DNA of 64,000 nucleotides, taken from the NCBI GenBank assembly GCA_024137785.1, contig JAHRHZ010000009.1:27303874-27367873 (forward strand), read 5' to 3'. Origin of the DNA: Ginglymostoma cirratum. Its lineage: Eukaryota. The notes beneath the pieces were generated by a model. That model was not told the DNA's origin, searched no databases, and worked only from the letters and a program-made list of their open reading frames with translations. Below are positions 51,301-63,841 of this stretch, in pieces (positions within the stretch are counted from its first letter, which is position 1; each line of letters opens with the position of its first letter). The position numbers and the translations under genes are program-made.

Positions 51301-52211
51301 TCCTAGATTCTAAGACTGCTAGTGAACAAGTAATGGAAAGTTGGAAAGATCTTTGAATCCTATTCTTGGGACAACAACCAAACTTGGCGGTTTTACAATA
51401 GGCACTAATTGAAAACACAGCGTAGGTTAGTTTAACTCCTTCTTTAGCCTAGTGGCATAATGTCTATGAATAGACAGGCATCCCATATAGTTCTATACTT
51501 TGCTACATTCTTTAGGACTATACCAACTTTAATAGTGTATCAGCAGTGCATCAGTGTGGCAGAGACTAATGTTCAAAACTGTCACCAAGTTATCCCCAAA
51601 GCAGTCCCTGGGCTGAAGAAGAGCTAAAAATCAGCACTTCAAATTGTTCTGACCACCACCAGTAGCAGACCTATAATTATCAGCGCTTCACCCTAATATT
51701 ACACAATTCAAAGTGCCTTCTTAAGGAAACACTCAAATTTGCTTAGAAATTCAGCTGCATATACAACAATGTATAAAGTTTCTCTGTCTGCAAATTAAAG
51801 CCTGTTTAAATAAGTTAGGGCCTTGCATAAAGAGAAATTTCATGGGAATGCATAAGTATGATTGAAGTCATACTGTATGATTCCAGCCCCAACTCTGTAA
51901 GTGCATTGCTGGATGTTTTTAATTTTTTACAATTCAAGTAGGCATAGTGTGGCAAATTCAGTAAGGCACTGCACCTGATTCAAAAAAGCTCAAATAATCA
52001 ATCTGAAGCCTTCAACACCCGCCCACCGCCATCTGGCAGCATCAACTCACTGGCGTTGACACAATATTAAATTTCACATACAATGTTGTGTTATTTCAGC
52101 AAATTCATGGAAATGATCCTTCAACTTATTTTCATCTGTAAGTGATACACTATCCTTAACCCATTCCCATGAATAAAGGCATCTTAATCTGGCACTGCTC
52201 CTTTCTGAATT

Positions 52212-52310
52212 AAAACAGAAGTTTCTGGAAAAGCTCAGCAGGTCTGGCAACATCTGTGAAGGAGAAAACAGAGTTAACATTTTGGGTCCGGTGACCCTTC
52301 CTCAGAACTT
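52212..52310 (-). mobile_element. Short Penelope-derived insert with near-intact hammerhead fold
   Basis: TSD-like ctcctttctgaatt / ctcctttgggaatt. Minus strand 52309-52272 reads AGTT-CTGAGGA-A-GGGTC-ACCG-GACCC-AAAATGTT-AACT. Confidence 0.8.
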
Positions 52311-52507
52311 CTCCTTTGGGAATTGTTTAATTTCTGCAAAATAATTCTTTACACAAAGGGGGAAAGCTGTTTCAGGAGGTTGTGTGCAATTAGTGAGGGA
52401 TTAAGGACCTTGTCTACTTTGACCTGAACAAAGTAGCAAAGCTAAATCAATGGATGTGGAGCAGGAACCTCTTAACAGTAAATAGTAAGATGCAGTTGGA
52501 TTCTGCT

Positions 52508-52730
52508 AGGGGGAGGCAGTAGTGTATCGGTAATCGCAGGCTCATATTCTGGGAATGTGGATTCAAATTCCACCTTGGCATCCCATTGATTGTCATAAAA
52601 ACCCATCTGGTTCACTATTGTCTTTTAGTAAAGGAAATCCTTAACTGGTCTGGCGTACATGACTCCAGGCTCTTAACTGCCAGGTGGGGAATAAATGCTG
52701 GCCTAATCATCAAGACCTAATTAAATAAAG
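52508..52730 (+). mobile_element. Decayed tRNA-head SINE (same family as 12583-12817)
   Basis: ggggaggcagtag...ggattcaaattccacc head, aaaacccatctggttcacta body and ggggaataaatgctggcc tail. Confidence 0.65.
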
Positions 52731-53638
52731 GCGGATAAGCAGTTTTTTAAAGTATTGATGTGATCTGAGAACTACATATAAATGTCAAATAACATTCAGC
52801 GAGATGTATCGTACAGCTCCAATGCTTTGTGCTGTTGAGACGACAACAAGAACAATGAAAAAAATTTACATCATTTCAACATAAAATGCTTTGAACATTA
52901 TTCTTTTCAATTAGTATAATTTAGTGCTGATAGCTGCTGTTGTTTATAGCTTTCATTTTTCCAAAGACTGGAGTGTCAAAGTCAACGACATTGAACAAAA
53001 TGAAAAGAGAACCGAAATAAGTGGGCAGAAAGAGAAAAGAAAAATTCAAACCCATTTAAAGTGATCAGTAGAAGAAGATGTTAAAATGCAAACAGCACGT
53101 GTGGTGTTTCAAATGGTGAAATGCACAACGAAATTCAAAGCAAGGTCATATTGACTAGAGGAATAAAAATTTGGCACAGAAGGAAAAATAAATCAAGTTC
53201 ATTTCATTCCAACAAATTTACTTCTGCAATTAATCCCAGGAGCTATCCACCAACATCCTTATTCTACACACCATAAATCTCTAAAGCTACTTCATTAGTA
53301 AGTTCCATTAGATTGAAATCTTTTAAAATGCAAGAAAAAATGGGTTGAATTGTCTAGGGATTATTCACTGCTAGCAGGAGAAAAGAAATTGCATTTATAT
53401 GGCATGTTATCACATTTTTGAGCAAATCCTAAACTAACAGGTTAATATTGAAAGTGGTCATGGTTATGCAGATATATTCAACTTACGTTCACATAATGCC
53501 TTTAATCTAATAAAACATCCCGAGGCACTTCACAGGAACATTGTCAGTCCACATGAAGAGACAATGGGGTCGGATGACAAATCATGGTCAAAAAGACAGG
53601 TTTGATACAGTGTCTTAAAGAAGGACATCCAATTACAG

Positions 53639-53818
53639 CAATTGTTGGAAAAGCTCAGCAGGTCTGGCAGCATCTGTGGAGAGAAATCAAAGTTAAAGTT
53701 TCAGGTCGAGTTTTGAGGAAGGGTCACAGATGCTGCCAGATCTGCTGAGCTTTTCCAGCAATTTCTGTTTTTGTTTCTAATTTACAGCATCTATAGTTCT
53801 TTCAGTTTTTATTTGTCT
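53639..53818 (+). mobile_element. Penelope-derived insert with inverted arms, nested in L2
   Basis: aattgttggaaaagctcagcaggtctggcagcatctgtg and cacagatgctgccagatctgctgagcttttccagcaatt form an inverted pair. TSD tccaatta(c/g)ag at 53628 and 53819. Confidence 0.8.
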
Positions 53819-54083
53819 TCCAATTAGAGAGGTACTGACAAAAGACCTCAGAGCTTGAGGCCAAGGTAACTGAAGGTAAAACCACCGATGGTGAAGTCAT
53901 TATCATTAGGAATATACAAGAATCCAGAATTAGAGGAGCTCAGACACCTCAGAGGGTTGTGGAGTTGGAGGAGGTTGCAGAGATAGAGAGGGGCCAAAGC
54001 TTTGGAGGGATTTACAAATCAGCACGACAATTTTAAAATAAAGATGTTGTTTGACTGGAAGCCAACTGGGTCAGCAAATACAT

Positions 54084-54422
54084 GGTTGGCACAGTGGCTC
54101 AGTGGTTAGTACTGCTGCCTCACAACGCCAGGGACTCAGGTTCAACTCCACCCTCGGGTGACTGTGTGGAGTTTGCATGTTCTCCCCAGGTCTGCATGGG
54201 TTTGCTCTGGGTGCTCTGGTGTCTTCCCACAGTCCAACGATTTGCGAGTTTGGTGGATTGGCAATGCTAAACTGCCCATAATGTCCAGGGATGTGCAGGC
54301 TAGGTGGATAAGCTATGGGAAATGCAGGGTTATAGGGTAGGAAGATGGGTCTAAGTGGGATGCTGTTTGGAGGGTCAATTTGGGCTGAATGGCCTCCTTC
54401 CACATTGTAGGCATTCCATGAT
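54084..54422 (+). mobile_element. HE1-type (V-SINE) SINE, near full length
   Basis: ggcacagtggctcagtggttagtactgctgcctcacaacgccagggactcaggttcaactcc head, V-domain and CR1-like tail gggctgaatggcc...cacattgtaggcattccatgat. Confidence 0.87.
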
Positions 54423-55419
54423 AAAGAGAAATGGGACTTGTTGAGAGGTAAGACACAGGCAACAAAGCTTTATATGGCCTCAAGTTTAAGGAGGATAGAA
54501 TGTGGGAGATTTGCCAGGAGAGTATTGGCATAGACAAGTCTAAAGGAAACTAAGGAAACATTGAGGCTTCAGCAACAGATGAGCTGAGGCAGTGATAATG
54601 TCCAGCAAACAGAGATTAAAAATAGGCAGTCTTACTGATGCCAGGAATGAGGTTGGGGACTCAGATGTGACACCAAACTTTATTTAAAGAATGCCTTAAT
54701 CTCGGACTGCTGCCAAGGACAGGGGTGGAACCTATATCTGGGGAATTAAGTTTGAAGTGTAGACTGAAAACAATGGTTTCCGTCTTCCGATTATATAATT
54801 GGAGAGCATTACTGCTGATCCAATATTGGCTGTCAGAGAAGCAGATTGATATTTTAGCAACTGTGGGCAAGTTGAGAGAGATGTTGGTAAGGTAGAGCTG
54901 GGTCATCAGTGTTCAAATAAAAAAAAATGCTTTCCTTCAAATGATGTCACCAAGAGGCATCCCATGGATGAGAACTAAGAAGAGGGAATGGATAATTCCA
55001 TTAGGATAGCAGAGTTGAAGGTGCAGGAGCAGAAAAAGTCATTGCAAGTGGTTTTCTGCCTGTAGTTAAACAGAAGAGAATGGATCTAGCTGAGACCAGT
55101 CCCACCCAGTTGAATGAAGGAGGAGAAACATCAGAGGAGGACGGTGTGGTCAACCCTGTCAAGGGTTGTAGACAGGCCAAAAAGGATGATGCTGGAAAGT
55201 TTACCTTTGTTACAGTTACTTAGGCTGACGTTTCAGATTTTGATAAGAACCAGTTCAATACTGTGACGGGGCAGACTGATGATTGTAGGATTCAAGCATG
55301 GAGTTTTGAGAGAAATATGAATGGACCTAGGAGGTGACCACACACCCAAGGAGTTCAGGGATGAAAAGGAGGTTGGAGGAGGGACATTAATTTGCAAGGT
55401 CAGAAGTATTTAGGAATAA

Positions 55420-55640
55420 AAGGGAAATACTGCAGATACTAGAAACCTGAATAAAAGCAGAAAATGCTGGGGAAACTTAGCAAATAACTAAGAACTCAAC
55501 GGTTATGCCAGAATCTGTAGAGGGAGAAACAGAATTAACTGTTGAAGAGACATATTGGAATCAAAATGTTAACTCTGTTTCTCTCTCTACAGATGCTGGC
55601 ATAACCGTTGAGTTCTCCAGCATCTTCCTTTTTTTTTATT
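55420..55640. mobile_element. Older Penelope-derived insert with inverted arms
   Basis: ctcaacggttatgccagaatctgtagagggagaaacagaattaac and gttaactctgtttctctctctacagatgctggcataaccgttgag form an inverted pair around a decayed hammerhead centre. Confidence 0.7.
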
Positions 55641-55688
55641 TTAAGGGGATCTAGAGTTTTTGTTTCAGAAAAAGAGGTACTTCATTAA

Positions 55689-55892
55689 ATCATAGAGTCC
55701 CTTCAGTGCAGGTAGAGTCCATTTGGCCCTTCAAGTCTGCACTGACCTTCTGAAGAGCATCCCACCCATTCCCACCTCCACCCTATTCCCACAACCCTGC
55801 ATTTCCCATGGCTAATCCACTTAGCCTACACATCCCTGGACACTAAGGGGCAATTTAGCATGACCAATCCATCTAACCTGCACATCTTTGGA
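55689..55892 (-). mobile_element. HE1-type SINE, 5'-truncated
   Basis: Homologous to the 3' half of 54084-54422. Confidence 0.8.
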
Positions 55893-57248
55893 TTTAAAAT
55901 GGATTAAAATGCATTTAAAAGAGAAAGGAATAACAGTGAAGAGAGAGACCATTTACAATGTAAGTTAACATGGAAATCAAGGGAATAAGATATTATCTCA
56001 CGGACAAGATGAGCACTGAGAGGTGATAGGGTGAGGTGATACAGAAACTGAAGAAAGATACAAGTTCAGGACCAGGTCAAGGCGATATATTAAAGGAAAC
56101 ATGGCCAGATGGGCTAGTGGAAGAGAAGGATACAATTGATTGAAGAGGCAAGTAATTGGATTGTTTCAAACGTAATGACAAGAAAATCCATGAGCTCCTC
56201 ATATTTATTGTTGGAGGTGAGGGTGAAGGGAACAGGAGAGAACAAAAGTATGCACACAAGGCCTCACAAGCAGAAAATGAATGAACAGACAGCCTACATC
56301 TGGTAATATTGTTAGAGGAAAGAATATTTGTCAAGATAGGGAGAACTTCTTGCTTGTCAAATAGTCAAAGAGGATCTTTTTATTCATGTGAGCAGACAAG
56401 TAAGGTTTTTGTTTACCAACTCTTTTCTTTTGAGTTCACTGAAAACGAAAGGCTATGTATAACAATCTGCTATTGCTAGTACTAAAAGCTCAAATCTACT
56501 GTTTCTGCCAGGTTAGATGTAAAGTTAAAGCTGCTTGCTCGGATACATTTGTTGCAGATTACAGTTTGTCTTCTAGCATTTTAATAATCCATATTTTGCC
56601 AAATATTTAGGCATATTTCGTCAATCTAAATCAGTAAATCAGTGAATGTGATGTCTTGGCTCCTGTCTTTGGTTACAATTCTTGATTAGTTTCCACAGGT
56701 GAGAAAAATGTTCTCATTCTTTTCTGCTGAGAATACAGTAAATTGTGATACATATTGTATATGCTCATGGCAAACACCCAAATGGCTGGTTAATTAGATG
56801 ATACTTGTGTGGGAGATTCTAGATGGGCATTATCTTGGTCATAAAACAGCTTGTAGCAGCTTTTCCTGATGTAGTCACGTGCAAAATTTAGTGGATGCCT
56901 TGTCCAACATCACAAAATATGAATTAATTAGTTAATTTCTGTAAATTTTATAAGACATAAGGAGCTAGATTTTTCTCCACCGATTTTAACAGCAACTAAT
57001 CAAAGATGACAAATGGGCAAATATGTGTTTTAATGCAATATGAAAGCAGAAGGAATTTTTAAAAAGTCACATTTGCAATATCATAGCTGTCACAGTTAAA
57101 TGATTTACACACATCAAATCAGGAGCATTTTGTGGATCCACTCTGACAGAGAGTTGCACAGAATGGGGAACACCATTACGCTAATGAAAGCAGTGTTAAT
57201 CCAGCCCTGTAAATCTACAAAACTGCAGACTGTGGGTTCAGGGAAGGT

Positions 57249-57455
57249 GTAGGACTGCCAATCCTCTAGGATTCTCCTGGAATCTCCTGGAATTAAAGAT
57301 TAACCTCCCAGAAACTGCTGGAAGCAAACAAGGAGAAAAATCGAAGGGGTGTTCACAAAATGGTTTTGTTTTCGTCGGCTGGGCACTTGGAGGTGGGAGG
57401 TCATGTAAAGAAATCTCCAGGATTAGGAGCAACCAAATAAAACTGGCAGACCTTA
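57249..57455. mobile_element. Possible hAT (Blackjack-like) MITE
   Basis: Ends taggactgcca and tggcagacctta are imperfect inverted repeats of the TAGGGT(T/G)GCCA type, with internal tctcc(a/t)gga repeats. Confidence 0.4.
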
Positions 57456-58200
57456 GCAAGCATTCAGCTCCTGGGAAGGATTACAGAGACAGGAGCTAAG
57501 TGAAATCCAATTACACTTTAGAGACGGCTTACAAATTCCAGAAGATCTGATTATAAAAAGGGTGTGAAAAGTGTAATAAACCCTGAGACATCCTTCGCTC
57601 CACTGGCTCCCATGTTACTGGTTTAATCCAGTTGCGGATTGTGCAAATATTGTGTCAGCAGCAGTTTTAGTAAGGCCTGACTGATCCACATTGTTGGTTT
57701 TGTGCACTGTGTAAGGGATATACTCCATGACCTTTACTTTTAGGTATGTCACATTGATAATCGAAGGAGACAAAGGGTTTGGCAATATGTCACAATGCAG
57801 CTGAACCCATGCTCAAGCATAGACACCAAATGGTAGCTGGTGAAGGACATTCTTGATTTCAAAAGGATCATTATAAAAAGACAAAAAAAATTGTAAAATA
57901 GAAGTAGAAAACAGTTCAGGATATTAAACTGAATTTTGTTCATTTCCCCGTATACAGGACTACTGGTTAAAATTGAAATTAATGCACTTAAGAAAATATG
58001 TTTGCATAATGCAACTAAGAACCTTACAGTGAATGTGGAACATTATAACCATATGCCCATGATTTTTGTTCTTGGCAGATAGTCATCTTGACAGTATAGA
58101 AAGAATCCAGCCTGTTCAAAATGGCCACCCAGTTACTGGGATATAAAGCAGAGTGGAACATTGATGTCTGCCACTGAATGTTGTTATTGCATTCAGTAAG

Positions 58201-58418
58201 TCAAAAATCACAATAATACCAGGTTATAGCCCAACAGATTTATTTGAAATCATATGCTTTCGAAGCGTAGCCCCTTCATCAGGTGACTCACTTCACCTGA
58301 TGAAGGTGCTATGCTCCAAAAGCTTGTGATTTCAAATAAATCTGTTGAACTATAACCTGGTGTCATGTGATTTCTGACTTTGTCCACCCCTGTCCAACAC
58401 CAGCAATTTCACATCATG
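58201..58418. mobile_element. Palindromic Penelope-derived insert with two back-to-back hammerhead motifs and 12-bp TSD
   Basis: Inverted arms of ~85 bp around a ctcact loop (~58286-58291). TSD gcattcagtaag at 58189-58200 and 58419-58430. Confidence 0.85.
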
Positions 58419-58514
58419 GCATTCAGTAAGCATCAACTCGAATCATTACTTGTCAAACTGGAGACATACCAAGAAGGTAAAAATTGTTGTTCCAGTTCTA
58501 ACTTTTTCTAACAG

Positions 58515-58620
58515 TTTTCTGAAGAAGGGTCCAGACCCGAAGCGTCAGCTTTCCTGCTCCTCTGATGCTCCCTGGCCTGCTGTATTCCTCCAGCTCCACA
58601 CCTAGTTATCTCTGACTCCG
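58515..58620 (+). mobile_element. Short Penelope-derived insert
   Basis: ttttCTGAAGA-A-GGGTC-CA-GACCC-GAAGCGTC-agctttcctgctcctctgatgct..., the same tail as 46245-46372. Confidence 0.8.
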
Positions 58621-60063
58621 TGTTGCTTCTTTAAATCTAATTCTAGATTTTTAAAAATTGTGAATGTAAAGATAAATGGACTAAGCTATTTTAATACTAA
58701 GTTGATACAATATATTCAATGCTTTTTATCGATTAAACATATGAACATCAGATATAATCTAATTATTCCAGAGGTCTTGCGTTATCAATACGATATCCTT
58801 TAAATATTTGCTGTATGATCCATCAACTTTGTGGCAACCAAAATTCCAACAACTCTCATTACACTGATCAATCGTGGCAACAGAAAATGTACATTGTGAT
58901 GGTAATAAGACAAATCACACAAAAATAGTATTCTCTTGAGAAAGAAAATCTGATGCCACATAATAGATTTAAGACAAAGATTTAATGTCCAGTGTTGATT
59001 ATTGGAACTAAATGCTCCAGAGATGTCCGATTTTATTTCCCCATTTTTGATCAAATCATTGACTTGAAATAAGACAGATGCAAATAAATATGTCAACTAA
59101 TTCTACCACTCACATGCTAACCAGGCCACATTTATCACAGATAATCTACTGCTTGGGTTTTCTATCAACTTTTAAGCTTTTTGAGCTGATAAACATGATG
59201 CATATCATATGCACCACATCACTCACAGTAGCACTAAAGTTTTGAGATAAGGAGAGCTTGCTGCAGAAATCATTTCAGTGTAGCCCACATACCTGGCTAC
59301 ATTCATTATTCAAGGTTTTTGAGAAGATTCATTATCTTTAGTACTGGCTCATGGTCTTACTGGCCTGAAAGGTTGTTATAAGGTTAAGACAGAGTGAGGT
59401 CTTTAAATATTCTCCATTCTAAGATCTTTACAGCTGTGGTAGCTTTACTCCACTGTAAGATCACAGCCATGGGTGGCTCAGAGAAAGTGGAGAGTGATTC
59501 AACTACCATATCATGTGTTTTATTCAATGTGATATGTTCATAGCCACAGTTAATACAGCGGAAACTTAAAATTATTGACAAGTGATTCACATCCAATGCT
59601 TCCTAAAACTTTTTTTGTTATTAATTACATATTTTTACCTCTAATTCCCATTTTGATTTAATGGAGTATCTGTTCTCTTCATCAATGAGAGGGAAAAAAA
59701 AAACTTGGCAATGTTTTCCTGCAGTGAAACTTGGCAATTTTCCCAATACCCACTCTCCATGTCAATTATAAAAGTAAAATATTACTGATTTTCAAGTCCG
59801 TCAAAGCCGATTAAGTTTATTATTTTCTGCATATAAATTTAAGAAAACTTTTTTTTTCATTTGAGTATGAGTCTGTTGGACAATTATACAGCATTAATGA
59901 TCACAATTTGCATGATTTTTCAGTGCTGTAAATTGTCAAGTTTTAGAACTTTGTCCAATTGGACTGGTTACATGTTAGCCGGATACATTTCCCGCTATTG
60001 TCTGAAATGTTCCAGAGTTGGAAATGTAATGTTATTTTAATTGTTGCATTACAAATGCTATGT

Positions 60064-60425
60064 CAGTGGTGGCACAGTTGTTCTAGCCTCCATCTCTTAC
60101 TCCAGGGCTCCAAAACAAAAATCAAAGCTGGCATTTCAGTGCAGCACAAAGAGTGCTACACTCAGATGAAACATCAAATCAAGTCTCTGGCTACAGTATC
60201 GGGTCGATCCCTTGTGTCTGGGTCAACATTTATCCTTCAATCGGCATCTCAAAAAAAGATTATTCATTTCACATTGCTGTTTTGGGACTTTGGTGTGGAC
60301 AAAATCAGTTACCATGTTGCCTACATTACAACAGTGATGACATTTAAAAAGTATTTAATTGACTATGAAGTGCTTTGGTATAGCCAGTTGTAAATGGAAG
60401 CTACTATATAACTACAACTTCTTTT
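60064..60425 (+). mobile_element. Decayed Deu-domain SINE (SacSINE1/AmnSINE-like) with L2-type tail
   Basis: cagatgaaacatcaaatc...tgtgtctgggtcaacatttatccttcaa...cacattgctgttttgggactt...cctacattacaacagtga...gaagtgctttgg...ctatata pattern, recognised from memory of Deu-SINEs. Confidence 0.55.
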
Positions 60426-60974
60426 ATATTGAAAGCTACATTATCTCTTTGCACTCAGGCCATTTATTAGTTCACTGTCCACTTCATGCAAGAAAACAAA
60501 CAGCCGGCGTCTGTTTAGCATCTGGGTTAGGGAAAGGTAAAGATTCCAATGAAAAGAGAACGAATGCAGAACTTTATTGAGAACTTCAAGGGCATATTTT
60601 CAACTGGCTGCTCTTTAATATAAAACTTCAAACCAATTAAATATGATACAATTTGAGCAGACAATGCTTATACAGAATATTGATTTATTTTTCTCTATTT
60701 CCTCTCCCTGCTGTCCCCAAATCATTTCATCCATAGAACCATCTCTAACTGCCATAAAACTCTTGACCACCAGCTTCTCCTGTGGCCACTATGGTAACTT
60801 ACACTGCAGATAGCTCCATCTCCTTAGACACTGCCTCCCTTCCTCTGAAATCCATCAGCAAAACCTGATCAAAGAAGCCCACTTTCAACATGGTTCAACA
60901 TGTAATCCTCCTTGTCCTCTTGAACCCTGCTGCAGACTTTGACGTGGTAAAAGCTCACAACCTTTCTCTAACAG

Positions 60975-61207
60975 GTTTACACACAGAGGGTGATAGGTCC
61001 TTGGAATGTGCTGCCAGGGCAGGTCATAGAAGCAGATATGACAGCAATGTTTAAGGGGCACTTAGACAGACACATGTACAGGCAGGAAATAGAGAGGTAC
61101 AGACCACATGCAGGCAGATGGGATTAAGTTTAGGATAGGTTCGTGGTTGGCACAGACATGGAGGGTTGAAGGGCCTGTCTCTATGCTATACTGCTGTGTT
61201 CTATGTA
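60975..61207 (+). mobile_element. CR1 LINE 3' end nested in L2 remnants (~60700-61640)
   Basis: YTQRVIGPWNVLPGQVIEADMTAMFKGHLDRHM and tail gggttgaagggcctgtctctatgctatactgctgtgttctatgt. Confidence 0.85.
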
Positions 61208-63841
61208 CTGCTGCATCTGATGCATTAGCCTTGACTTTTGTCTTCATAGATTTCTGCACTCCCAAAGCTCTGCTGCCTGTTAGCCATGCATCATCAAGTT
61301 TGTTTGCCCTCTCCTGAAGGATGCAACAAACTTGTAATTCATTTTTAAGTTTAAATCCCATCGTAGTCTTGGTCCTTCCTAACTCTCTAATCTCATGCTA
61401 TGTTATAACCTTTTCCAACAAACTGTAATTTTCTCTGACCATTTCACCTCTAGACCTTACGTTTCTCTGTTTCTTTAAAAGTCGAATTAAACCCAATCCA
61501 TTGACAAAACATGTGGTTATCCCTTCCAATCTTCCCTTTCATAAATTTATGTGTGGAGGATCTTTTCTGTTTCTCTATATTAAAAGGTGCTACATAAATA
61601 ATATCAACAGAATGAGGTAAAGTGCTGCTTTTAGGATTTTCTATCCAAAACACAAGTAACATTATTGAAACGTAAAGCAGCATTTTGCTTGCTAAGAACT
61701 TTTAAATAGTGATTATTAGCAAATTATATGCAATAGTGGGGAAAAGAGATAATGGAAATGACTACTAATCTTGGTGTCCTACCTGCTTGGCAATCACGAA
61801 GATTTCAAAGTATATTTATAGCAATAAAGTTGTTATAGCAGGAAGGTAGGGTTTTCAGTAATCCTCGTAAATTAGTGCACCTTCATAGCAAAGGTGGAGG
61901 AAGTGAACATCTGAAGAATTTAAATAGATTCCATTTTACAGAGCATGTAGGTTCAAATCTGCCCTCAGCTACATTTGTCAATGTGTTTAGATTGCATTGC
62001 TAAAAGCTAATACACATACATGTTCAGAAATGCTTTGCAGGCTGTCAGTAGGATTCTTACTGGTGGTCAGGAAGAGCTGTAATTCTTGTTTACTGGGCAG
62101 AGGTGGAGTAAAATGGTAAAGCATCAGAAGAAACATGAAATAAAAATAAATGCTGACAGCATGAAAGAGTAGTTACAAGAATTATAACTGATTTAGGAGA
62201 ATATCAATATACATCAGTTCAGGCACAACTATCTTGCGCTGCTGGCACGTTTGATTTTCTATTCATGTTCACCAGATAGTTTCACATTACTATCTCAGTT
62301 TGGAAGTTGTCCTTTGATCAAGATGAGTAAGCAAGTTGTCATAACATACTACCATCTTCAGTTCCATTTCAGATTCTAGGCACTGCCACACTGTGCCTCA
62401 GTTGTACTAACTGACACATTAAGCAGACAAGATCTTGGTATCTGCTGCCGCACACCTGTGGTTGACTCCTGATTAAAATGATTACATTTAGGATGAGTCC
62501 AGTCATGGTGATCCCATCATTCTGAGAATATCAAATGATGTGTTTGTGGGGAATATGAGTTATGTACAAGTTTGGAACGCAGCCAAAGAACAAATAGGCC
62601 AACTTTAAAATATAGGTGAACAACAGTACCACGGATGATAACAAATGGATATCAGATATATTTAGAGGAACATTAAGAGCAAGTACTTTTTGATACCACA
62701 CTTGCATTTTAAAAGTCAAGTGACCATACTTTTTCAAGCTGTGAGGAAGCAAACATAAAAAGTGAAGAAAAGAAAACGTGAATTCAGAAATTGTTGCACT
62801 ATTTAAGTTATACATCAACATTTTTCCTTATGGTTTGCACATGGCAGAAGTGCAGGTATTTATTAGAATGCTCTACAATCTGCAAACCTGAACAAGCATT
62901 TTTAATATGAGTGATTGTTAATTTTTATTAAAATGAAACTGGAATTTCCTGCAAAATCTCAGGGTATCATCACCCATATATGATAACTGGATGCATTAAC
63001 ATAAACAATTTTTAAAGTACACAATACAAAATATATTATCTTAATATTCAAAATATTTCATATATTCATAATTCTCAACATTGATATTTGTCAGTTTAAA
63101 CAGTTTATAATGTTTAAGTTGAAGGTTTTTCTCACCCCCATGAAAAGTACACATACACATCTCATTGGCAAGAACTAATAAAATTGGAATTTGGAAGCAT
63201 CTCTAACAAAGTTTTGCAGCAAATAAATTCTGCTAATAATAAACCATGCCCTTGCTGGGTGCTAAGATTGATGTAACTTCTTTTAAATTTTGCACAGTTT
63301 TAAAACAGAAAACGCTTTGCATTGCTATCAAGTTTAAAGGCTGTTGACATAATGAAAAGACATAATGACATATTGACAAGAGCAGTACACATTCTTTTCT
63401 GACTTCTTGGACATTGCAATGACCATGCAGTGGAAATGTGCTACATGGATCAAACAGAATTTTCACAATTTCAATTTAGCTGTCTCAAATTTTAAAAAAA
63501 ATGTACTGTCACAGCCAGGCATTGATGAGTACATCAATGTTTGGGGCATGAAAATAAATTACAAGAACGTTGTTAATGCTATTATGTGATATTTCTACAA
63601 TTTATGCTAGATTGGCTGATTAGAAGTTCCATATAGCTAACATTTCATTACCTGCTTGTCATCAATACCTTAGCTCTAATGAAGAGAAGTCTAGAATGTA
63701 AACTAAGTTTGCATCGATAAAGTAATGCTGTAGGATTCAATTATGTAAATATGCTATTCTGATATTTTGTTGCAATACAGTACAACATACAGCTGACAAC
63801 ACCTGAGATATAATGCAGGCTGTGCTGGACTGTAAATCAAA

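Larger units (their letters stand above)
53480..56340 (-). mobile_element. Decayed L2 LINE hosting several nested insertions
   Basis: 53880-54070 is the reverse complement of the L2 C-terminal region (W LPVKQHLYFKIVVLI.KSLQ...LYLCNLLQLHNPLRCLSSS). RT segments such as W.SSNALQLY.RKTETIVF appear at ~54770-54830. Confidence 0.7.

Noticed and set aside
54084-54150. tRNA-like sequences (also ~15430-15498, ~30270-30334, ~31480-31562)
   Set aside because: These are SINE heads attached to SINE bodies, not tRNA genes.
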